Of a stretch of 40,727 nucleotides of DNA, positions 35,263 through 40,727 are shown piece after piece. Within the stretch, counting starts at the first letter, position 1. Each line of letters starts with the position of its first letter. The stretch is from an uncultured Oscillospiraceae bacterium. Its GTDB lineage: Bacteria; Bacillota; Clostridia; UMGS1883. The translations under genes were made by a program, and so were the position numbers. Where the stretch lies: NCBI GenBank assembly GCA_964537125.1, contig CAZIBK010000002.1:1-40727 (forward strand). Reading direction: 5' to 3'. The notes beneath the pieces are model-generated. The model was not told the DNA's origin and ran no database searches. It saw only the letters and a list, made by a program, of their open reading frames with translations.

Positions 35263-37347
35263 TCACTCTCTCTTTTTTGCGTTTGTCGGACACTCGGGAT
35301 TGCTGCAAAGGGTTTTGCTTCCGTTTTTGAAATATTTCTTCACCATCACCGAGCCGCATACGGGACATGCCGCCTTTATCGGTTCGTCCCAAAGTATAAA
35401 ATCACATTCGGGCGCCTTCTCGCAGGAGAAATACTTCTTGCCCTTCTTGCTCTTTCGCTCAACTATTCTTGCGCCGCACTTCGGACACGCCACCCCGGTA
35501 TCCTTTATAATGGGCTTTGTATTGCGGCACTCCGGAAAGCCCGGACAAGCCAAGAACTTGCCGTACTTGCTGAGCTTTACAACCATGTGCCTCCCGCATT
35601 TTTCGCATATTTCGTCGGACACCTCGTCCTCTATCTTTACCTTGTCGATATTCTGCTCCGCCTTTTCAAGTGTCTTTTCAAAGGGTGTGTAAAATTCGCG
35701 CAGAAGCTCCACCCAGTCCTCTTTTCCGCTCTCTACGCTGTCAAGCTTCTTTTCCATCTCTGCCGTGAACTCGGCGTCAACTATAGCTTCAAAGTTTTCC
35801 TGCATAATGTCGTTTACGATTATTCCCAGCTCTGTGGGCTTAATCATTTTTTTCTCGCGCACAACATATCCGCGGCTTATAATCGTTGAAATTGTAGGCG
35901 TATAAGTACTCGGACGGCCTATCCCGTTTTCCTCCATGGCTTTTATGAGGGATGCCTCGGTAAAGCGCGCGGGCGGCTCCGTAAAGTGCTGGTCGGGCGT
36001 AACCTCCGCTGCCAAAAGCCTCTGCCCCTCTTTAAGGCGGATAAGCCTTTTCGAGTCCTTCTCCTCCGCTTCGTCGCTTCCTTCGACATATACCGCTCTG
36101 TAGCCCTTGAACCTTAAGGCGCTGCCTGACGCCTTAAAGGTCACCGAATTTGCGTCAATATCGGCAGACACGGTGTCATAAACGGCGCTCGTCATCTGGC
36201 TGGCAATAAACCTCTCCCAGACAAGCTTGTAAAGCTTATACTGATCCGCCGTAACGCTCGCCTTTATCATTTCCGGCGTCACGGTGCAGTCCGTGGGACG
36301 TATCGCCTCATGAGCGTCCTGAGCGCTCTTGCCTGTTTTATAGTAATTCGGCTTCTGCGGCAGATATTCCTTCCCGTACATTTCGCCTATGAACTGCCTC
36401 GATGACGCAAGCGCCTCTGCGGATATTCTCAGCGAATCCGTTCTCATATATGTTATAAGACCCATCGTCCCTCTTCCCGGCACGCCGACGCCCTCGTAAA
36501 GGGTCTGAGCCGTACTCATTGTCCTCGCCGATGTAAAGCCTATCTTTCGGCTCGCCTCCTGCTGAAGGGTGCTTGTGGTAAATGGCGGCATTGGGTGCTT
36601 CTTCTTTTCACTGTACACCGCATTTGTCACAACGAAGGACGCGCCCTTTATCCTGTCGAGGATGTTTTTCGTCTCAGCTTCGCTCTTAAGCTCCTTTTTC
36701 TTGCCTCCGATGCCGTAATACTTTGCCGCAAAAGGATTTTTCCCGTTTTCATCGGTTAAATGCGCCTCTATTGTCCAGTATTCCTTCGGCACGAAATTTT
36801 CAATCTCTCGCTCTCTGTCAACAATCATCTTTGTGACGGAGCTTTGCACTCTGCCCGCGCTGAGACCCTTCTTTACCTTTTTCCAGAGAATAGGGCTTAT
36901 CTTATAGCCCACTATTCTGTCGAGCACGCGCCGTGCCTGCTGCGCGTTCACAAGGTCGATATTTATGCTCCTCGGCTCCTTTATCGACGCAAGCACCGCG
37001 TTTTTCGTAACCTCATTAAAGGTTATTCTGCAATCCGAATTTTCGTCTATGTCCAAAAGATGCGCCAAATGCCAGCTTATGGCCTCGCCCTCACGGTCGG
37101 GGTCGGCAGCGAGGAGAACCTTGTCCGCGCTCTTTGCCGCCTTCTTCATCTTTGCTATAAGGTCGCCCTTGCCGCGTATCGTTATATATTTAGGCTCAAA
37201 ATTATTTTCCGTATCAACGCCGAGAGTGCTTTTCGGCAAATCTCTCACATGTCCCATCGACGCCATAACGGTGTAGTTTTTTCCGAGATATTTATTTATG
37301 CTTTTAGCCTTTGCGGGAGACTCCACTATAACAAGGCATTTTGTCAT
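35263..37347 (-). CDS. topA: DNA topoisomerase I
   Basis: TOPRIM LVIVESPAKAKSI, DPDREGE, the active-site Tyr region GLITYMRTDS, and C-terminal Zn-ribbon repeats (CEKCG, CPKCG, CPVCG). ATG 37347 is preferred over the ORF-track TTG 37356. Confidence 0.95.
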   Translation of the reverse strand: MTKCLVIVESPAKAKSINKYLGKNYTVMASMGHVRDLPKSTLGVDTENNFEPKYITIRGKGDLIAKMKKAAKSADKVLLAADPDREGEAISWHLAHLLDIDENSDCRITFNEVTKNAVLASIKEPRSINIDLVNAQQARRVLDRIVGYKISPILWKKVKKGLSAGRVQSSVTKMIVDREREIENFVPKEYWTIEAHLTDENGKNPFAAKYYGIGGKKKELKSEAETKNILDRIKGASFVVTNAVYSEKKKHPMPPFTTSTLQQEASRKIGFTSARTMSTAQTLYEGVGVPGRGTMGLITYMRTDSLRISAEALASSRQFIGEMYGKEYLPQKPNYYKTGKSAQDAHEAIRPTDCTVTPEMIKASVTADQYKLYKLVWERFIASQMTSAVYDTVSADIDANSVTFKASGSALRFKGYRAVYVEGSDEAEEKDSKRLIRLKEGQRLLAAEVTPDQHFTEPPARFTEASLIKAMEENGIGRPSTYTPTISTIISRGYVVREKKMIKPTELGIIVNDIMQENFEAIVDAEFTAEMEKKLDSVESGKEDWVELLREFYTPFEKTLEKAEQNIDKVKIEDEVSDEICEKCGRHMVVKLSKYGKFLACPGFPECRNTKPIIKDTGVACPKCGARIVERKSKKGKKYFSCEKAPECDFILWDEPIKAACPVCGSVMVKKYFKNGSKTLCSNPECPTNAKKRE

Positions 37348-37363
37348 TTTCCTCAATCCTTTC

Positions 37364-38434
37364 TCATTTCAGTTCATATTTATTTCCGCGAACCGTCTTC
37401 ACTATACCTTTTATTTGCATAAGAGTAAGCGTCGATGTAAGACGCCGAGCGTCGCAGGCGCAGTATTCAAGTATTTCCTCATATGAACCGTTTCCGCTTT
37501 TAATTGCGTTTACAACAGCCGCCTCAATGCCCGAAAGCTCATTATGCTCTTCCTGTCGGGAGGGCTCCGGACGGCTTTTTTCTTTCATCCTGTAATCGGC
37601 GGCATCGCGGTACGAATCGGGCAGTCTGTCCATCATTTCATATATAATATCGCTTCCCGACATTGCCCAAAGGGCGCCGTCTCTCAGAAGCTCATTTGTT
37701 CCCGCGCTTGTGGGACTGTCGATGTTGCCCGGCACCGCAAACAATGTCTTCCCCTGCTCAAGAGCGCAGGATGCCGAAATGAGCGCTCCGCTTCTGACAG
37801 CCGCCTCCACAACGACAACACTGTCTCCGAGAGCCGTCATTATCCTGTTTCGCATTGGGAAATTCTGCGGCAGGGGCTGCGTTCCGGGAGGATACTGCGT
37901 CACCACCGCGCCTCTTTCCGCCGCCTCTTCAAACAGCTTTTTGTTTTCCTTTGGATAAACCACGTCTATTCCCGTTCCCATAACGCATATCACCGGCGCG
38001 GAGCCGCGGAGGGCGCCTCTCATTGCCGCCGAATCAATCCCCTTTGCGCCTCCCGATACAACGCATATGTTATTGGAGGACAATTCATGCGCAAATGCTG
38101 CGGCTATGTTCAAGCCGTAGGCGGTAGCGCCTCTGCTTCCGACAATTGTCGCCTTAAGCGGATATTTCAATACATCGGTATGCCCCTTTACATAAAGGTA
38201 CGGCGGAGGCGACGCTATCATGCGCAGGCACTCGGGATATCTTTCATCAATATACGTTATGACCTCGGCTCCTGCGGCGCAGGCTTTCTCTATATCGTTC
38301 ATAATTTCAACAGCCCTTGCCCCCGATAAGTCAACACCGGTCTTCTGCCTGTCAAAGCTCTTTCTCAATGATTCAAGCTTTTTTGCCGTCCGTTCGTTTT
38401 CCGATAGGAGCATCCACGCTACAGTATCCTTCAT
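37364..38434 (-). CDS. dprA: DNA-processing protein A (Smf)
   Basis: Rossmann-fold block ATIVGSRGATAYG...VVSGGAKGIDSAAMRGAL...VMGTGIDVVYPKEN and C-terminal winged helix. GGAGGG SD. Conserved dprA-topA-trmFO order. Confidence 0.92.
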   Translation of the reverse strand: MKDTVAWMLLSENERTAKKLESLRKSFDRQKTGVDLSGARAVEIMNDIEKACAAGAEVITYIDERYPECLRMIASPPPYLYVKGHTDVLKYPLKATIVGSRGATAYGLNIAAAFAHELSSNNICVVSGGAKGIDSAAMRGALRGSAPVICVMGTGIDVVYPKENKKLFEEAAERGAVVTQYPPGTQPLPQNFPMRNRIMTALGDSVVVVEAAVRSGALISASCALEQGKTLFAVPGNIDSPTSAGTNELLRDGALWAMSGSDIIYEMMDRLPDSYRDAADYRMKEKSRPEPSRQEEHNELSGIEAAVVNAIKSGNGSYEEILEYCACDARRLTSTLTLMQIKGIVKTVRGNKYELK

Positions 38435-38465
38435 GCCTCGCCCTCCTTCTGTCTTTCAATGTATG

Positions 38466-38494
38466 TTTATACACTATATTTTCGGCTTTGTAAA
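38466..38494 (-). promoter_or_regulatory. candidate sigma-A promoter for dprA-topA-trmFO
   Basis: On the minus strand: TTTACA (38494..38489), 17-nt spacer, TATAAA (38471..38466). The -10 ends 31 nt upstream of the dprA ATG. Confidence 0.4.
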
Positions 38495-38545
38495 GTGAAT
38501 TTTTTATGAAATTTGAATTTCATTCCTTTTTAAGGTGCTTTTTTA

Positions 38546-39328
38546 TCAAAAATCACGGTTTCGGCGCACATGCTCATACATCATTATCGCCGCCGCTGCC
38601 GACGCGTTAAGGCTTTCGGCGCCGCCCAAAATCGGTATTTTCACCGCAGCCTTGCACCGCCTGATTGTCGTATCGGAAAGCCCGCTGCCCTCGTTCCCCA
38701 CAAAAATCGCGCAGCTTCCTCCGAGATCCGCGTCAAAAAGATTCTCCGCGTCGCTTCTCAGCGCGCCCGCCACGCTCCTTATTCCGTTTGCTTCAAGATA
38801 TGCAAATACCGCGTCAACGGACTTGTTCCTCACAACCTTTACCGAAAAAAGGCTGCTCATGACAGAGCGCACAACCTTGGGATTATATATATCAACGGAT
38901 CCCTTCGTCATGATTACCGCCGCCGCTCCGGCCGCGTCGGCAGTCCTTATCACGGCTCCGGCATTCCCCGGATCCTGCATATTTTCGCACACCAATATCA
39001 GCGAATTTTCCTTAAGGGCAATATCCTTAAAGGATAAATCCTTTATCCCGCACACTGCCATAACGCCCTGGGGCGTCACCGTATCCGACACATAGTCAAA
39101 TATTTTTTTTGCAAGAACATAGCGCCTTTTTTCGCCGATAAAGCTCAAATCATACGCGCAGTCCTCTCTTACGAGGACATAAGCGGCGTCCGCGCCCTTG
39201 GCGAAAGCGTCCTTTACGTTCCTGTACCCTTCGACGATAAAAAGCTTCTTTTCGTCACGGCATTGCTTTGTATAAAGGCTTTTGACTTCCTTTATAATTT
39301 TGTTATCTCTGCTCGTTATAATATCCAT
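38546..39328 (-). CDS. TrmH/SpoU-family RNA 2'-O-methyltransferase
   Basis: SpoU motifs LVCENMQDPGNAGAVIRTA, FVGNEGSGLS and IPILGGAESLNASAAAAIMMYE. N-terminal substrate-binding domain. GGGAGAA SD. Confidence 0.88.
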   Translation of the reverse strand: MDIITSRDNKIIKEVKSLYTKQCRDEKKLFIVEGYRNVKDAFAKGADAAYVLVREDCAYDLSFIGEKRRYVLAKKIFDYVSDTVTPQGVMAVCGIKDLSFKDIALKENSLILVCENMQDPGNAGAVIRTADAAGAAAVIMTKGSVDIYNPKVVRSVMSSLFSVKVVRNKSVDAVFAYLEANGIRSVAGALRSDAENLFDADLGGSCAIFVGNEGSGLSDTTIRRCKAAVKIPILGGAESLNASAAAAIMMYEHVRRNRDF

Positions 39329-39351
39329 AGCTTTTCTCCCGGCATACTACA

Positions 39352-39377
39352 AAACCTCGTTCTGATGAACGAGGTTT
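39352..39377 (-). terminator. intrinsic terminator/attenuator after rplT
   Basis: On the minus-strand transcript: AAACCUCGUUC-AUCA-GAACGAGGUUU (11-bp stem) running into UUUUGUAGU. It lies 14 nt after the rplT stop and 24 nt before the next ATG. Confidence 0.6.
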
Positions 39378-39390
39378 CTTAATTTTTAAC

Positions 39391-39744
39391 TTACAGAGCA
39401 GCCTTTGCCGCCTCTACAAGCTTTGTGAATGCCGCCGGATCGCTTATGGCAACCTCGGAGAGCATCTTTCTGTTCATATCTATATCCGCCTTCTTAAGAC
39501 CGTTCATAAATCTGGAATAGTTGATTCCGTTAAGCTTGCATGCCGCGCTGATTCTTGTAATCCAAAGTCTGCGGAAATCTCTCTTCTTGAGCTTTCTGCC
39601 TGTATATGAATAGGAAAGCGACTTCATAACAGCCTGATTGGCTGTCCTGTAAAGCTTGGACTTTCCGCCCCTGTAGCCCTTAGCGAGCTTTAATACTTTT
39701 TTATGATGTTTTCTGGTGTTAAGAGCGCCTTTTACTCGAGCCAT
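39391..39744 (-). CDS. rplT: 50S ribosomal protein L20
   Basis: [26 protein letters not shown]... is a canonical L20. AGGAGG SD. Confidence 0.97.
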   Translation of the reverse strand: MARVKGALNTRKHHKKVLKLAKGYRGGKSKLYRTANQAVMKSLSYSYTGRKLKKRDFRRLWITRISAACKLNGINYSRFMNGLKKADIDMNRKMLSEVAISDPAAFTKLVEAAKAAL

Positions 39745-39763
39745 TGTATAATCCTCCTGTCAA

Positions 39764-39961
39764 TTATTTGTAAGGTATGAGCTTCTTTATAACTTTTGCG
39801 TTCGGAACGGATGCATATCCGCCCTTTCTGAGTCTTCTCTTTCTCTTTGTGTCCTTCTTGTTGAGAATATGGCTTCTGAATGCTTTCGCTCTCTTTACCT
39901 TGCCGTTCTTTGTAAGACTGAAGCGCTTAGCCGCCGCTCTGTGTGTCTTTATTTTAGGCAT
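39764..39961 (-). CDS. rpmI: 50S ribosomal protein L35
   Basis: [14 protein letters not shown]... is a canonical L35. GAGGAGAGG SD. Confidence 0.97.
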   Translation of the reverse strand: MPKIKTHRAAAKRFSLTKNGKVKRAKAFRSHILNKKDTKRKRRLRKGGYASVPNAKVIKKLIPYK

Positions 39962-40054
39962 AATACCTCTCCTCTCGTAATTTCATAATATATTGTCCAT
40001 CCCCGTAGGGTTAATGGCGTTTTAAGCCTTACGCGCGAATTATTCGGCGCATCC

Positions 40055-40564
40055 TTAATTTTTGGGGACTACGAACATGGCCATGTTCCTGCCCTCAAGC
40101 TTCGGCTTCTTGTCTACCGTGCCGACTTCCTTAATGCCTTCGGCAAACCGTTCAAGAAGCTCTTCGCCCAAAGCGCTGTGATGCACTTCACGGCCGCGGA
40201 AACGAACCGTTACCTTTACCTTATCCCCGTCCCGGAGGAACTTTACCGCGCTTTTAAGCTTTGTTTCAAAATCGTGTGTGTCTATGGAAGGCGACAAACG
40301 AACTTCTTTAATGCTCACTACCTTTTGATTCTTTCGGTTTTCCTTCTCACGCTTAGCCATTTCAAACCGATACTTGCCGTAATCCATTATTTTACATGTA
40401 GGCGGAGTTGCCTTAGGCGCAATGAGCACAAGGTCAAGATTTTTTGACGCCGCCACCGAAAGCGCGTCCTTAGACGGCATTATACCCAGCTGTGAGCCGT
40501 CGCTGCCTATAACTCTGACCTCTTTTTCGCGAATTTCCTCGTTTATCAACAAATCCTTATTAAT
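40055..40564 (-). CDS. infC: translation initiation factor IF-3, probable non-canonical ATT start
   Basis: The conserved IF-3 sequence begins at INKDLLINEEIREKEVRVIG. ATT at 40564..40562 is in frame and is preceded by GGGGGTG at 7 nt. The 24-aa ORF-track extension (MYSAVKNVLFHRIFCFIKARGCFV) is not IF-3-like. Confidence 0.88.
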   Translation of the reverse strand: MNKDLLINEEIREKEVRVIGSDGSQLGIMPSKDALSVAASKNLDLVLIAPKATPPTCKIMDYGKYRFEMAKREKENRKNQKVVSIKEVRLSPSIDTHDFETKLKSAVKFLRDGDKVKVTVRFRGREVHHSALGEELLERFAEGIKEVGTVDKKPKLEGRNMAMFVVPKN

Positions 40565-40571
40565 AACAAAA

Positions 40572-40693
40572 CACCCCCGAGCTTTAATAAAACAAAAAAT
40601 ACGATGAAAAAGAACATTTTTCACCGCACTGTACAATAACTCCGGTACTTTTCCGGAAACCCTATTGACCCCGTTCGCTTTAAGCTCGAGGTG
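40572..40693 (-). promoter_or_regulatory. infC 5' leader with a long-range anti-SD complementarity
   Basis: On the minus-strand RNA, CACCUCGAGCUU (40693..40682) can pair with AAGCUCGGGGGUG (40584..40572), which contains the infC SD. That gives 12 bp with one G-U and one bulged G. The leader is truncated by the window edge. Confidence 0.35.
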
Positions 40694-40727
40694 AGAAGCG
40701 GTAACTTCTTCTTCATTCTTGCTTAGT

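Noticed and set aside
38506-38523. AT-rich hairpin ATGAAAT-ttga-ATTTCAT after the TrmH-like gene as a terminator
   Set aside because: It is a 7-bp, almost pure A-U stem. On the transcribed (minus) strand it is followed by an A run, not a U tract. The U tract exists only on the plus strand, where no upstream gene exists.
38435-38545. 18-aa minus-strand ORF MKFKFHKKFTLQSRKYSV in the TrmH-dprA gap
   Set aside because: The AAGGA motif abuts the ATG with essentially no spacer. The ORF overlaps the candidate dprA promoter, and there is no supporting feature.
37544-39095. Long plus-strand ORFs (261 aa at 37544-38329; 186 aa at 38535-39095), and similar ones at 23302-23883, 12850-13494, 15121-15741 and 32193-32930
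   Set aside because: All lie antisense inside well-supported conserved genes (dprA, TrmH-like, coaBC, prkC, rsmB/rlmN, gdpP). They lack SDs and have Arg/Ser/Cys-rich shadow-frame composition.
39962-40054. Imperfect hairpin GCGCCGAAU-A-AUUCGCGC and small CCC-GUA-GGG stem between infC and rpmI as a terminator or L20 operator
   Set aside because: The stem is bulged and short, there is no U tract, and I cannot evaluate the rpmI pseudoknot-type operator without a covariance model.
1-40727. Scan for CRISPR repeats, tRNA/rRNA genes, IS elements, integrases, prophage or defence islands
   Set aside because: I noticed no regularly spaced direct repeats, cloverleaf-like sequences in the few intergenic gaps over 50 nt, or transposase/recombinase-like ORFs. 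This was an eye scan only, so short or degenerate elements could have been missed.

Overview
This is a Firmicutes/Clostridia-type chromosomal window, roughly 50% GC by eye. spoVM, a ylmC/ymxH-family gene and remA point to an endospore-forming lineage, possibly Oscillospiraceae/Ruminococcaceae-like, but that taxonomy is a guess. From about 9.47 kb to the right edge there is one nearly gap-free minus-strand array of about 30 core housekeeping genes. Its order is infC-rpmI-rplT-(TrmH-like) / dprA-topA-trmFO / gdpP-rplI-dnaB / tilS-hpt-ftsH / yicC-remA-gmk-rpoZ-coaBC-[secreted PpiC protein]-priA-def-fmt-[Zn peptidase]-rsmB-rlmN-prpC-prkC-rsgA-rpe-thiN. It ends at a bidirectional terminator shared with a plus-strand spoVM. 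The left 9.4 kb is more accessory. It holds a GH36-like alpha-galactosidase co-operonic with a heterodimeric ABC exporter, a THF-riboswitch-controlled folT, an orphan XRE-HTH/TPR-like regulator and an ECF-type sigma/anti-sigma pair. I saw no CRISPR array, tRNA/rRNA, transposase, integrase, or recognisable defence or toxin-antitoxin genes. I do not see a convincing wholly novel multi-gene system. The best second-look items are: (1) two small proteins below the ORF-track cutoff, a 48-aa membrane protein and 26-aa SpoVM, hidden under a spurious 113-aa ORF and next to the ECF module with a perfect TGAAACGTTTCA palindrome; (2) the orphan RNPP-like regulator; (3) a secreted parvulin PPIase translationally coupled to coaBC; (4) the infC ATT start with a long-range anti-SD element. 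All family calls rest on motifs and recalled homologues; no searches were run.
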